A DNA stretch of 64,000 bases. Source: Candidatus Omnitrophota bacterium (GTDB lineage: Bacteria; Omnitrophota; Gorgyraeia; Zapsychrales; Aceulaceae). Both the position numbers and the translations under genes were made by a program. Position 1 is the first letter of the stretch. The number at the start of each line of letters is the position of its first letter. Positions 36,831 to 46,926 of the stretch are shown here, in pieces. The DNA lies in assembly GCA_029564765.1 (NCBI GenBank), contig JAKQPK010000055.1, forward strand, positions 5,255 through 69,254. The letters are read 5' to 3'. The notes beneath the pieces are model-generated. The model was not told the origin of the DNA and searched no databases. It worked only from the letters and a program-made list of their open reading frames with translations.

Positions 36831-37811
36831 TTATATTGTTTGTTGTTGGATGATATGGAACCCTAACCCAGCGATCATCGAGGCATTGTCTATGCACAAA
36901 CGAAGATCGGGAAAAAAAACTTTTATGCCTTGATCTTGGCCTGCCTGCAAAAGGCGCCTGCGAAGCTCTGAGTTCGCGGCGACCCCACCGCCAACAAGAA
37001 TTGTTCTTGCTTTTTTGCGTTGACAGGCGTCTATCGTTTTCTTGACCAGGACATCAACGACACTTTTTTGGAAGCTGTACGCGATCTTTTTAACTGGAAG
37101 TTTATTGTGATGGTCTTTATGATGATGCGCTAGATAGTAGATAGCGGTTTTGATCCCGCTAAAACTGAAATCGTAACTTCCAGGAAGTTGCGCGCAGGGA
37201 AAAGTAAATTCTGTGTTTTTGCCTTGCTGAGCTAAACGGTCGATCGCAGGGCCTCCAGGATAGCCAAGACCTAGAATGCGTGATACTTTATCGTACGTTT
37301 CCCCTGCCGCGTCATCGCGGGTCTGTCCGATCAACTCGATCGAGCGAAAATTTTTGATGAAAAAAAGGTTGGTGTGCCCTCCAGACACGATCAGCCCGAC
37401 CGCCGGAAGTTCAGGTGTTTGTGGGCGTCCAGATGTCCGCTGAAAGACTAGAAAGTTAGCGTAAATATGGGCCATGATGTGATCGACCTTGACAAGAGGA
37501 ATATTGTGGCTATATGCAAGTCCTTGGGCAAATGAGATCCCCACCAGCAGCGATCCGATAAGTCCAGGACTAGCTGTCACAGCGACGCCATCAAGCTGAG
37601 AGATCTTTTTACGTGCCGTTTTAAGGGCTTCATCGACAACCGTGTGAATAGACTCTAGCTGTTTACGCGAAGCGATCTCTGGGATAATGCCACCATATTT
37701 CTTATGATGTACTAGGCTGGAGGAAACGACATGGGAAAGAATGTCGCGGCCGTTTGCAACGACGGAAGCCGCTGTTTCATCACAGGAAGTTTCAATGCCC
37801 AAAATGATCAT
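36831..37811 (-). CDS. tsaD: tRNA N6-adenosine threonylcarbamoyltransferase
   Basis: MIILGIETSCDETAASVV... Kae1/TsaD N-terminus; 326 aa. Confidence 0.9.
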   Translation of the reverse strand: MIILGIETSCDETAASVVANGRDILSHVVSSSLVHHKKYGGIIPEIASRKQLESIHTVVDEALKTARKKISQLDGVAVTASPGLIGSLLVGISFAQGLAYSHNIPLVKVDHIMAHIYANFLVFQRTSGRPQTPELPAVGLIVSGGHTNLFFIKNFRSIELIGQTRDDAAGETYDKVSRILGLGYPGGPAIDRLAQQGKNTEFTFPCAQLPGSYDFSFSGIKTAIYYLAHHHKDHHNKLPVKKIAYSFQKSVVDVLVKKTIDACQRKKARTILVGGGVAANSELRRRLLQAGQDQGIKVFFPDLRLCIDNASMIAGLGFHIIQQQTI

Positions 37812-38650
37812 GGTCTATCGTGGTCCGATAATGTTTGTTGATGTTCGATCATTTCCTTCACGGTCAAGAAATGAAAACCTTTTTCAGTCAGGATCTTGCT
37901 TTGTTCTCGTAAGATCTGCAACGTTAAGGTATGCGCGTGACCGATCCCGATGGCGTACCCACGTGTTTGCGCTAAAGACGAGAGTTGATTGAATTGGCGT
38001 TCGATCGCGGAACGATCCATGGCATTGTCAAGAAAGACGTCGCGTTTTACAAATGGCAGCGACATTTTTTTTGCGAGCGCAGAGCAAGCAGACCGCTCTG
38101 TTACGTAGCTATCCACGAAAAAAAGATCTTTTTTCTTTAAATACCGAAAGATCGTTTCCATGAGGCTTTTTGTTTCTGTAGCTTTGGAGCCCATGTGATT
38201 ATTGACGCCTGTTGCCATTGGGACCGACAGCAGGTTCTCGTCGATTAACGTACGTATTTTTTGGTCGCTCATGGACGCCGCGAGAAGGTAATCCTTGGGA
38301 TAGTGATCCAAGGTCTTGTGCGGTTCAAGAGGTAAATGGAGCATGATTTCTTTTCCGTTCTTGGCGGCAGCTTGGGCTGAAGCCTTGCTGTATGGAAGCT
38401 TGGGGAGGACCGCTACCGCAAAAGGGATCTTGATCGTTCTTAAGAACGAAAGGACGTTTGCGTTGTAGCCCCAATCATCAATGATGATCGCGATGTATCC
38501 CTTGGCAGGTTTTATCTTTTTGGTTTTCACAGCAGATCGCTGGTAGGCTGTTTTTGTAAGCACGATCATCGAGATCACGGTGATCGCAGCCACCATCGTG
38601 ATAAACGCTGCTTGAAGATGTCGTTGGTCCAGGGCTCTTTTGTTGTGCAT
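37808..38650 (-). CDS. divergent polysaccharide deacetylase family protein
   Basis: N-terminal TM anchor; YIAIIIDDWGYN motif of the divergent polysaccharide deacetylase family. Confidence 0.65.
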   Translation of the reverse strand: MHNKRALDQRHLQAAFITMVAAITVISMIVLTKTAYQRSAVKTKKIKPAKGYIAIIIDDWGYNANVLSFLRTIKIPFAVAVLPKLPYSKASAQAAAKNGKEIMLHLPLEPHKTLDHYPKDYLLAASMSDQKIRTLIDENLLSVPMATGVNNHMGSKATETKSLMETIFRYLKKKDLFFVDSYVTERSACSALAKKMSLPFVKRDVFLDNAMDRSAIERQFNQLSSLAQTRGYAIGIGHAHTLTLQILREQSKILTEKGFHFLTVKEMIEHQQTLSDHDRP

Positions 38651-38658
38651 GAAAACTA

Positions 38659-39969
38659 TTATTTTTTAAAGATCTTGATCCCTTTGATCACATTGATCGC
38701 GGCCTGGACCTGATTATCATCGAGAAGACGTTTTTTTGTTTCTTCAAGCTTGTTTGATTCTGAGGATGGCGTTGCGCCATTTTGAACACTATTAAAGATC
38801 TCCTCTGCTTTCTTTTGTGTTTTTTCAGCTTCTTTTTTTTCTTCTGCAAGCTCTTTTACTGAGGGGTCAACGGTAATGTCCGGTTCAATGCCAATACCGT
38901 GAATGGAGATATCCGCTGGTGTGTAGTATTTACTGGTCGTTAGTTTTAATCCGGTGCCATCGGGCAAAGGTATCACGGACTGGACAGACCCCTTACCAAA
39001 AGATTTGGCTCCGATGATGATCGCGCGCTTATTATCTTTTAGGGCGCCAGCTAAGATCTCGCTTCCGGAAGCACTCCCTTCATTGATCAAAACAGCCATG
39101 GGCCACTGCAGGAACATACCGCTGCGATTAGCAGATTTCGCGACACTGTTTTGTGAAGGATTGCGGGATTTTGTTGAAACAATGATCTGCCCTTCGGGCA
39201 GGAATTCTTGCGTGATCTCGATCGCGATGTTCAACAATCCTCCGGGATTGTTGCGCAGGTCAAGGATCAGGCTATCGGCTCCTTTTTGTTTGAGCTGTTC
39301 CAGTGCCTTGTGGAATTCTTTATAGGATTCTTCTCGGAACTCTGTCAGGCGGATATAGCCAATATTGTCCTTTAAGATCATGATGTCTTTAACATCGTGA
39401 ATGCGGATGATCTCGCGGGTGATCGCTAGGTCTAGGATCTTCCCTTCGCTTTCACGGAAAATAGTGATCTTGACGTTCGTGCCGGGTTTGCCTCTTAGCT
39501 TCTTGACAGCTTCGCTTAATGTGATGTCTTTAGTCGATTCATCATCGATCTTGACGATCTTGTCCAACGATTTGATACCTGCGCGCCAGGCAGGTGTGTC
39601 CTCGAGAGGCGTGACGACCGTCAAAAGATTATCCTTGATGGAGATCTCAATACCAAGCCCTCCGAACTTGCCTTCTGTTTCGGTCTTGAGATCGGTAAAA
39701 TCTTCCGGTGTCAAGAATTGGCTATGGGGGTCCAGCGAGCTTAACATTCCTTTAAGGGACCCGTAGATCAGGTCTTTTGGGGTTGGCTCTTCAACATAGG
39801 CAGCCTGGACCGTTGTCAAGGCATAACTAAAAAGTTCGATCTGGGAATAAAGGTCATTCTTTCTGACCTCTTCTTTTTTATCGATCTCGCCGATCGCGAA
39901 AGTTGCAGAGGCGAGAACAACAGCGGCGCATAGGATGATGAGCGTAAATTTCTTAAAACGATTAACCAT
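38659..39969 (-). CDS. ctpA: carboxyl-terminal processing protease (S41) with PDZ domain
   Basis: LINEGSASGSEILAGALKDNKRAIIIGAKSFGKGSVQ catalytic region; signal/anchor; PDZ segment. Confidence 0.85.
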   Translation of the reverse strand: MVNRFKKFTLIILCAAVVLASATFAIGEIDKKEEVRKNDLYSQIELFSYALTTVQAAYVEEPTPKDLIYGSLKGMLSSLDPHSQFLTPEDFTDLKTETEGKFGGLGIEISIKDNLLTVVTPLEDTPAWRAGIKSLDKIVKIDDESTKDITLSEAVKKLRGKPGTNVKITIFRESEGKILDLAITREIIRIHDVKDIMILKDNIGYIRLTEFREESYKEFHKALEQLKQKGADSLILDLRNNPGGLLNIAIEITQEFLPEGQIIVSTKSRNPSQNSVAKSANRSGMFLQWPMAVLINEGSASGSEILAGALKDNKRAIIIGAKSFGKGSVQSVIPLPDGTGLKLTTSKYYTPADISIHGIGIEPDITVDPSVKELAEEKKEAEKTQKKAEEIFNSVQNGATPSSESNKLEETKKRLLDDNQVQAAINVIKGIKIFKK

Positions 39970-41422
39970 TTTGGAACCTCCCCTTGATCAATTCACCTAT
40001 TTTCTTAGGATTTGCTTTTCCTTGAGTCTTTTTCATGGCCTGTCCAACAAGAAAACCGATGGCGCTCTCTTTGCCGCCTTTGATCTGTTCGACGATAGAG
40101 GCATTTTCTACCAGGACCGTGTCTATAATAGCGCCAAGGGCGTTGTCATCTGATACTTGTCGTAACCCTTTTTCCTCAATGATCGACATGCATGTTCGCC
40201 CTGTGTCTAGCATGATCGTCAGGATCTCCTTGCCAACCAGATTGCTCACAACACCTTCTTCCACATTCTTGATCAGACCGACAAAATAACCACTGGTAAG
40301 ACGCATTTCTGATATATTTATTTTGCGTTTATTCAATTCTTGCTTAAGAACGCTCGTGATCCAGTTACAGATCTTTTTAGGGGCGTTCCATTGCATGACG
40401 CAATCCTCAAAGAATTTTGCCAGCTGCTTGTCTTGCACTAGAACGTTGGCATCGTAATCAGACAGCTGATATTGCCGGATAAACCGATCCAGCTTTTCAA
40501 GTGGAAATTCCGGCAATGTTTTGCGCACTTTTTCAATATCATTTTCTGTGATGGTAAACGGCACCAGGTCAGGCTCCGGAAAGTAGCGATAGTCATGAGC
40601 TTCTTCCTTGCTGCGCATCGAGAATGTCATCTGTTTTTCGTCGTTCCACAAGCGGGTCTCTTGAACAATGCGTTCACCCGCCTCGACCATCTTGATCTGA
40701 CGCGCGACCTCATAGTCAATAGCAGCTTTGACCGCTTTAAAGGAGTTGAGGTTCTTTAATTCGGTCTTTGTCCCGAATTCTTGATTGCCGGCTTCGCGTA
40801 TCGAGACGTTCGCGTCGCAGCGTAAGCTCCCCTTTTCCATATCGCAATCTGAGACATCCAGGTATTCCATCAGAAGTTTCAGGCTTGTCAGGTAATCATA
40901 GGCCTCCTGCGACGAGCGCATATCAGGCTCGCTGACGATCTCTACTAGCGGGATACCTGTTCGATTGTAATCAACAAGGCTGCATTTTATTTCTGGGCTA
41001 TGGATCAGCTTTCCAGCATCTTCTTCCATGTGCGCGCGCGTAATACCGATCTTTTTTGTTTGCTCACCTGTTGTGATCGTTAGAGATCCTTTCTTGGCGA
41101 TCGGAAAGTCGTATTGAGAGATCTGGTATGCCTTGGGCAGGTCAGGATAATAATAGTTTTTCCGGTCGAACTTAACGAAGGTGTTGATCGCGCAATTAAG
41201 TGCAAGACCTATTTTCATGCCATATTCGAGAACTTTTTGATTCAAGACCGGCAAAGAGCCTGGAAGCCCTAAGCATACCGGGCATGTTTGGCTATTGGCA
41301 TCCTTACCAAAATGCGTCACGCAGCCACAGAAGATCTTTGTTCGCGTATCAAGCTGTAGGTGGACCTCAAGGCCTATGACGGTTTCATACGTTTTCATAA
41401 GACCACCTTCCGCTTGTGCCAC
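39962..41422 (-). CDS. gatB: Asp-tRNA(Asn)/Glu-tRNA(Gln) amidotransferase subunit B
   Basis: 486 aa; [13 protein letters not shown]... GatB N-terminus. Confidence 0.95.
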   Translation of the reverse strand: MAQAEGGLMKTYETVIGLEVHLQLDTRTKIFCGCVTHFGKDANSQTCPVCLGLPGSLPVLNQKVLEYGMKIGLALNCAINTFVKFDRKNYYYPDLPKAYQISQYDFPIAKKGSLTITTGEQTKKIGITRAHMEEDAGKLIHSPEIKCSLVDYNRTGIPLVEIVSEPDMRSSQEAYDYLTSLKLLMEYLDVSDCDMEKGSLRCDANVSIREAGNQEFGTKTELKNLNSFKAVKAAIDYEVARQIKMVEAGERIVQETRLWNDEKQMTFSMRSKEEAHDYRYFPEPDLVPFTITENDIEKVRKTLPEFPLEKLDRFIRQYQLSDYDANVLVQDKQLAKFFEDCVMQWNAPKKICNWITSVLKQELNKRKINISEMRLTSGYFVGLIKNVEEGVVSNLVGKEILTIMLDTGRTCMSIIEEKGLRQVSDDNALGAIIDTVLVENASIVEQIKGGKESAIGFLVGQAMKKTQGKANPKKIGELIKGRFQNG

Positions 41423-42831
41423 TCAGTCCCCTGCTCATAGGTGTGCGCGATGCGGAATAACATTTCCTCATCAAAGGGTTTTCCCATGATCTGAAGCCCG
41501 ATCGGAAGGCCGTTTTTTGAGAATCCGCAAGGAATAGATAGCGCTGGGATCCCTGCTAAATTAACGGAGATCGTATAAATGTCTGAAAGGTACATGGATA
41601 GTGGATCAGAAGTTTTTTCCCCGATCTTAAACGCAGTTGTCGGCGCTGTGGGCGTTATGATGGCATCGCAGGATCTGAAGGCCTCATCAAAGTCTTTCTT
41701 GATGAGCGTACGGACTTTTTGCGCTTTTAGATAGTAGGCATCATAGTATCCTGATGAGAGCGCGTAGGTGCCAAGCATGATGCGTCGTTTTGCTTCAGCG
41801 CCAAAGCCCTGATCACGAGTTTCTTCGTACATGTCAATGATCGGCGTGCGTCGTTGCTGTTGCGGTTGACAGCGCAGTCCATATTGGACGCCATCATATC
41901 TAGCCAAATTAGAACTTGCCTCTGCTGTCGCCAAAATGTAGTATGTCGCAACCGCATATTCTGTGTGCGGCAAAGAGATATCAATGAATTGCGCGCCATG
42001 GCCTTTTAGATGCTCAATGGCGGCCAACACGCTGTCTTTTACTTCCGCATCCATCCCGTCGATAAAATATTCTTTGGGGATGCCGATCTTGATGTTTTTC
42101 ACGTCCTTTGTAAGCGCGCGCGTAAAATCAGGGACAGGAAGATTGGCAGACGTTGAATCTTTTTCATCATGGCCAGCGATCAGGTTCAGGAGTAGCGCGC
42201 AATCTTCCACATCTTTCGTGATCGGCCCGATCTGATCAAGGCTGGAAGCAAAGGCGATAAGCCCATAGCGCGAAACACGGCCATAGGTTGGCTTGAGGCC
42301 AACAACCCCGCAAAAGCTTGCGGGTTGACGAATGGACCCTCCTGTGTCGGATCCTAAGGCCCAGATCGCTTCATGAGCAGCTACTGCGGCCGCAGATCCG
42401 CCGCTAGATCCTCCTGGAACACAATCGAGGTTCCATGGGTTACGAGTGACCCCGTAATAGGAGCTTTCTGTGGACGATCCAAAAGCAAATTCATCCATAT
42501 TCGCGTGCCCTAAGATGATCGATCCTGAGTCTTTTAGTTTTGTGATGACCGTGGCATCATACGGAGGGCGAAAACCTTCAAGAATGCGCGATGAGCATGT
42601 CGTAAGATAATCTTTAATGCAGATATTATCTTTGATAGCAATGGGAATAGGATATTTTCCGTCCATAGCCTTAGGCGTAATGGCAGGATCGGCGCTATGG
42701 GCATAAGCGTGGATCTTTTTGTCCTTGTTTTGGATCGTTTCTTGCAAACATTGATAGACGGAGTCAGGCGTTATTGTTTTAGCTTGGAACCCTTGCAATA
42801 TTTCATGGGCTGTCAGCTCATTGAGCTTCAT
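41395..42831 (-). CDS. gatA: Asp-tRNA(Asn)/Glu-tRNA(Gln) amidotransferase subunit A
   Basis: 478 aa; amidase signature [13 protein letters not shown]. Confidence 0.95.
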   Translation of the reverse strand: MKLNELTAHEILQGFQAKTITPDSVYQCLQETIQNKDKKIHAYAHSADPAITPKAMDGKYPIPIAIKDNICIKDYLTTCSSRILEGFRPPYDATVITKLKDSGSIILGHANMDEFAFGSSTESSYYGVTRNPWNLDCVPGGSSGGSAAAVAAHEAIWALGSDTGGSIRQPASFCGVVGLKPTYGRVSRYGLIAFASSLDQIGPITKDVEDCALLLNLIAGHDEKDSTSANLPVPDFTRALTKDVKNIKIGIPKEYFIDGMDAEVKDSVLAAIEHLKGHGAQFIDISLPHTEYAVATYYILATAEASSNLARYDGVQYGLRCQPQQQRRTPIIDMYEETRDQGFGAEAKRRIMLGTYALSSGYYDAYYLKAQKVRTLIKKDFDEAFRSCDAIITPTAPTTAFKIGEKTSDPLSMYLSDIYTISVNLAGIPALSIPCGFSKNGLPIGLQIMGKPFDEEMLFRIAHTYEQGTEWHKRKVVL

Positions 42832-43115
42832 TCGATCACCTGCGGCACTTTAAATGAACCCTTACCATCATTATCAGTGGAAAACTTCATGATATCTTTA
42901 GGGTTAAGCGACGGCTTTTCGATATCTTGACGGAAAACATTTTCGATGGGCAAGACGTGGCTTGTTGGCTTTACAGCGGATACGTTGAGCTTGTTTAATT
43001 TTTCGATATATCCTAGGATGCCTTCAAGGTCGTTGGTGAGTTTTTCGACTTCACTTTCTTGAAGATGAATGCGGGATAAGTGAGCTATATATTGAACGTC
43101 TTTTCGCGTGATCAT
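42828..43115 (-). CDS. gatC: Asp-tRNA(Asn)/Glu-tRNA(Gln) amidotransferase subunit C
   Basis: 95 aa; position and sequence ([16 protein letters not shown]...) fit gatCAB. Confidence 0.85.
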   Translation of the reverse strand: MITRKDVQYIAHLSRIHLQESEVEKLTNDLEGILGYIEKLNKLNVSAVKPTSHVLPIENVFRQDIEKPSLNPKDIMKFSTDNDGKGSFKVPQVIE

Positions 43116-43212
43116 GTTTAGTATTAATATAATTTAAAATAAAATAACAAGGTCATATATTATCATCAAATCATATAGTTGACAAGGTAAAATGAGGAGG
43201 TTTTGGGATGCC

Positions 43213-43605
43213 TTAACTAATTGCGGCGCTTAGTTTTGCGCGCATGTCTTCAGGAAGTGCCGATGGTTTAAAATCAAGGGTAAGGCAAACAAGATTGACC
43301 TCTGCCTCAACAATAAGGCGATCGGTCGATTTTTCAATTATCTTTTGCGCGAAAATAAGCTGTGCCGCGGTCATTTTTTTAAGTTCTGCTGTGCAAGATA
43401 GGATCTCTCCATATCGCGCGGGGCTTCGATAAATAATGGTGCATTGGCGCACGGCGTATAGATTGCCTTTTTTTTGGAATTCTTCGACGCTCAATCCTCT
43501 TTGCTCTAAGAATTCTGTGCGCGCTTCTTCCAAATAGTTTAAATAGCGGCCATAATAAACAACCCCGCCAGCGTCTGTATCGTGATAGTATATTCTTTTT
43601 TCCAT
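43213..43605 (-). CDS. acyl-CoA thioesterase, YbgC/4HBT hot-dog fold
   Basis: 130 aa; YYHDTDAGGVVYYGRYLNYLEEARTEFL hot-dog thioesterase N-terminus. Confidence 0.75.
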   Translation of the reverse strand: MEKRIYYHDTDAGGVVYYGRYLNYLEEARTEFLEQRGLSVEEFQKKGNLYAVRQCTIIYRSPARYGEILSCTAELKKMTAAQLIFAQKIIEKSTDRLIVEAEVNLVCLTLDFKPSALPEDMRAKLSAAIS

Positions 43606-43808
43606 GAAAGTCCTTTTAGTTGTTTAAGATGTTCTTAGTTTTATCATCTTCCTCGAGGGATGTCAAGAAAGAGAAGCAAAAAATTGTTAAAAATTTTCAT
43701 TCTGTGTCTTGTCAAGCATGCAAGGATATGATATATTTAATTTAGCCACGGACCCAAGAGATTGGGTAAGCGGCTTTTTTTATTGAACTTATAAAAGAAA
43801 GAAACTCC

Positions 43809-44186
43809 ATGGCCCCCAACAACGATCCTCATGATGATTCACGCTATTTTCCGCGCTGGGAAGTAGCGAACAAGGTTACCTACAAGCACGAAAATGGTGT
43901 TAATTTTCATGAATGCGTGAGTCACGATATCAGCAATACAGGGCTTTGCATGAGGACATATGAGCGGATCAAGCCTAATCAGAGGCTTTCTATGACCATT
44001 GAGCTTGCCGATGGCGTTTCTATCCAGGTTGGTGGGCGTTCTTTGTGGCAAAAAGATGGTGACAAAGATTTTCTAGTAGGCGTGCGCTTTGAAGATATCA
44101 GCGAGAAAGTCCAGGATATGATCTTTAATTGCGCGTTTGAATCCCATCCCCAGCAGTTCCAGCAAAAGTGGTTTGACGGGGTCTAA
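43809..44186 (+). CDS. PilZ-domain protein (putative c-di-GMP receptor)
   Basis: RxxxR (RYFPRW) and DxSxxG (DISNTG) motifs; 125 aa; one of only three plus-strand genes. Confidence 0.7.
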   Translation: MAPNNDPHDDSRYFPRWEVANKVTYKHENGVNFHECVSHDISNTGLCMRTYERIKPNQRLSMTIELADGVSIQVGGRSLWQKDGDKDFLVGVRFEDISEKVQDMIFNCAFESHPQQFQQKWFDGV

Positions 44187-45016
44187 TCACTTCTTCGCGG
44201 CCTCTTGAGATCCTTCAATTCTTCCTCAACAACATTACTTAAGGTGACGTAGTCGTTGGTCGATAAGTTCTCTGCGCGCTGCGATCGATCGATCCTCGCT
44301 TTTTTGAGGATCATGTCAAGGTCAGATTTTGGCGCCAGAACTCCCAGCGCGTTGATCAGTTTTTTTCGCCGCTGCTGAAAGGCTATCCGAATGATATAGC
44401 GAAACAGTGTTTCGTTCTTCGCGCAAGGATGAATGTCTGACCTGAAGGATATCTTTAAAAAGACGGATTCGACTTTTGGCGCTGGAATAAAAGCTGTATT
44501 CTTTATTTTAAACAGGATCTCTGGATGAGCGTAGTATTGAACGGCACAGCTTAACGCGCTGTAATCCTCTTCCCCTGCTGTGGCGATCAAGCGCATGCCG
44601 AACTCTTTTTGGACCATGACAAAAGCTTCGTGGATATGCGTGCGATTCTCGATAAATCTTTCAATGATGGGCGATGAGATGTTGTACGGTAAATTCCCAA
44701 TGATCTTTACCCTCGGGATCGACGATGGAAAACAAAAATCAAGAATATCTTCATTGATGATCAGTGCCGATCTAAGGCAAGGATCTTGCCGGAGTTGATC
44801 GGCCAGACGCTTGTCTTTCTCGATCGCGCAAAAGGACTGGACCTTAGGAGCGATCTGCTGTGTGAGAGCGCCTAAGCCGGGACCGACCTCCAGGACATGA
44901 TCTGATGGCTTCAGACAGCAAGCGTCAATGATCTTGCGGATTATGTTTTTATCCTGCAGAAAGTTTTGGCCTAGATTTTTTCGAGGGATTATGGGCAAAG
45001 GCTTGGAAGGTCTCAT
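44183..45016 (-). CDS. rsmA: 16S rRNA (adenine1518/1519-N6)-dimethyltransferase
   Basis: LGQNFL, VLEVGPGLGALT (SAM) and NLPYNISS motifs; start set at the internal Met abutting the pdxA stop. Confidence 0.9.
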   Translation of the reverse strand: MRPSKPLPIIPRKNLGQNFLQDKNIIRKIIDACCLKPSDHVLEVGPGLGALTQQIAPKVQSFCAIEKDKRLADQLRQDPCLRSALIINEDILDFCFPSSIPRVKIIGNLPYNISSPIIERFIENRTHIHEAFVMVQKEFGMRLIATAGEEDYSALSCAVQYYAHPEILFKIKNTAFIPAPKVESVFLKISFRSDIHPCAKNETLFRYIIRIAFQQRRKKLINALGVLAPKSDLDMILKKARIDRSQRAENLSTNDYVTLSNVVEEELKDLKRPRRSD

Positions 45017-45954
45017 CGCGATAAGCGAATGGCCAGATCGATCGATGCACACATTGAGGAGGGATCAGCCGCGTTCTTTCCTGCAATGTCAAAGGCAGTG
45101 CCATGTGCTGGCGACGTGCGAATAATTGGAAGTCCGATCGTAAAGTTGACGAGTTTATAGAAATTCGATGTTTTAATAGGGGTAAGGCCTTGATCGTGAT
45201 ACATGGCAATGATCGCGTCGTAGCGATCGGCGTTGTCCTTGTAAAAAAGCGTGTCAGCCGCAAAAGGACCCTGGATCCTGGGAAGGCGGGTTTTCATTTC
45301 TCGGATCACGGGAGAAATAACGCTTACCTCTTCTTTGCCGATATGCCCGCCTTCACCCGCATGCGGATTAAGGCCGCAGATGGCGATCTTAGGATGTGCG
45401 ATCCGAAAATAGTTTTGCAGAGATCTCGCGGTCAGCGTGATCGTTTTGCGAATGAGCTTCCGTGAGATCGCACTAGCGACATCTTTTAAGGGTATGTGCC
45501 TGGTCGCGATGACGACTTTCAGATCATCAAGAACGAACATCATGTCAAAATCTTTTACTTTGAAGGCTTGCGCTAGGTATTCCGTATGGCCTTTGAAAGA
45601 AGGGTCACCAAGCTGTACGGCTTCTTTACATAATGGGGCTGTAACGATCGCGGATAATTTTCTTGCCTTCAAAAGTCCGATGGCCACATCCAGATATTCA
45701 ATAGCAGCTTTTCCGCATGCGCGGTCTATTTTTCCAATAGGCGCGTGGGATGATAATATATTTTTCATATCAAGGAAATTCGTGTTAGGCGGCAACTTTT
45801 TTTGATAACGGCGAAAAATACGATAGTCACCGATGATCAGAAAATCGGCTAGCTTATGAAACGAAGTCTGGGCGAGAGCTTTTGCGGTGATCTCGGGGCC
45901 GATCCCTGCCGGATCCCCCATAGTAATACCGATCGTTGGTCGAGAACGTGCCAT
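45013..45954 (-). CDS. pdxA: 4-hydroxythreonine-4-phosphate dehydrogenase
   Basis: IGITMGDPAGIGPEI N-terminus; 313 aa. Confidence 0.9.
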   Translation of the reverse strand: MARSRPTIGITMGDPAGIGPEITAKALAQTSFHKLADFLIIGDYRIFRRYQKKLPPNTNFLDMKNILSSHAPIGKIDRACGKAAIEYLDVAIGLLKARKLSAIVTAPLCKEAVQLGDPSFKGHTEYLAQAFKVKDFDMMFVLDDLKVVIATRHIPLKDVASAISRKLIRKTITLTARSLQNYFRIAHPKIAICGLNPHAGEGGHIGKEEVSVISPVIREMKTRLPRIQGPFAADTLFYKDNADRYDAIIAMYHDQGLTPIKTSNFYKLVNFTIGLPIIRTSPAHGTAFDIAGKNAADPSSMCASIDLAIRLSR

Positions 45955-45960
45955 ATAGCC

Positions 45961-46926
45961 TTAATCTTTTATTTCGATAAAAGCTTCTGCGCGTAATTTC
46001 TTTAACCATTGCTCACGGCGCGCGTTATATTCTTGCTGAAAGAGAAAATTGTAAATCTTGTCTTTGACCTCTGGCAAGCTTGATTGTGTTGGCGGTGTTT
46101 TTTCTGTCACTTGAAAGATGTAGATGCCGTTGTCCAAGGCGACCAAGGGCGACAGGTCGTTGATGTTCAGCGAGAAAACAGCTTTCTCGATCTCTGGAAG
46201 GGCTTGGCCTTTTTTGAAAGTATTTTGAGCGAAAGTGCCGGAGAATTTCTGCGCAACTTCACTGAAACCTTGAGGATACTCTGAGAGCTTTTGAGGGTCT
46301 TTAAGGATCTCATAAGCCGCGCGCGCGTTTTGCTGCGCGGTATGTTGATCATCGCCATAGGCAAAAAAAGCAGAATTGAGGGAGATCTGTTCTGGAGTTA
46401 AGAATTGTTCACGGTTGTTTTCATAGTAGTCGGTTACCTGCTGAGGGCGCACGACGATCTTTTCTTTGATCTCAATGTTTTCGGCATAGTATGCCTTGAA
46501 TTGATCGAGGAGTTTTTGCCGTAGGTCATTTAAGGTCATGCCTTGGACGATAAGCTCATCTTGGAATTCTTTTTCCGATGCATAATTCGTACGGATCTCT
46601 TTTAGACGTTTTTCAACCGCTTCCGGACGGATCTTAAGCTCTATTTTTTGGGCATAATGAACTTTTAGCTTTTCATCGATCAGCCGCTCAAGTCCGTTCG
46701 TCTGATAATCGTCCATAATCTTCTTGATCTCTTGCGGGTCCTGGATCGTTGAGGTGACGCTCATGTAGATCATTGATAAGAATTCATGCAGGTCTTTGAG
46801 CGTGATGATATCATCGTTAACGATCGCGATGATCCCGTCGTTGATAGCGCCGCATACCTGGGCCGATGGCGCGATGAGCCATGTGAGCGTAAGGATCAGA
46901 AGAAAAAGACAGCGTTTAGTTTTCAT
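45961..46926 (-). CDS. surA: SurA-like periplasmic chaperone / peptidyl-prolyl isomerase
   Basis: Signal peptide, SurA N-terminal domain, degenerate parvulin-like C-terminus; conserved surA-pdxA-rsmA order. Confidence 0.65.
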   Translation of the reverse strand: MKTKRCLFLLILTLTWLIAPSAQVCGAINDGIIAIVNDDIITLKDLHEFLSMIYMSVTSTIQDPQEIKKIMDDYQTNGLERLIDEKLKVHYAQKIELKIRPEAVEKRLKEIRTNYASEKEFQDELIVQGMTLNDLRQKLLDQFKAYYAENIEIKEKIVVRPQQVTDYYENNREQFLTPEQISLNSAFFAYGDDQHTAQQNARAAYEILKDPQKLSEYPQGFSEVAQKFSGTFAQNTFKKGQALPEIEKAVFSLNINDLSPLVALDNGIYIFQVTEKTPPTQSSLPEVKDKIYNFLFQQEYNARREQWLKKLRAEAFIEIKD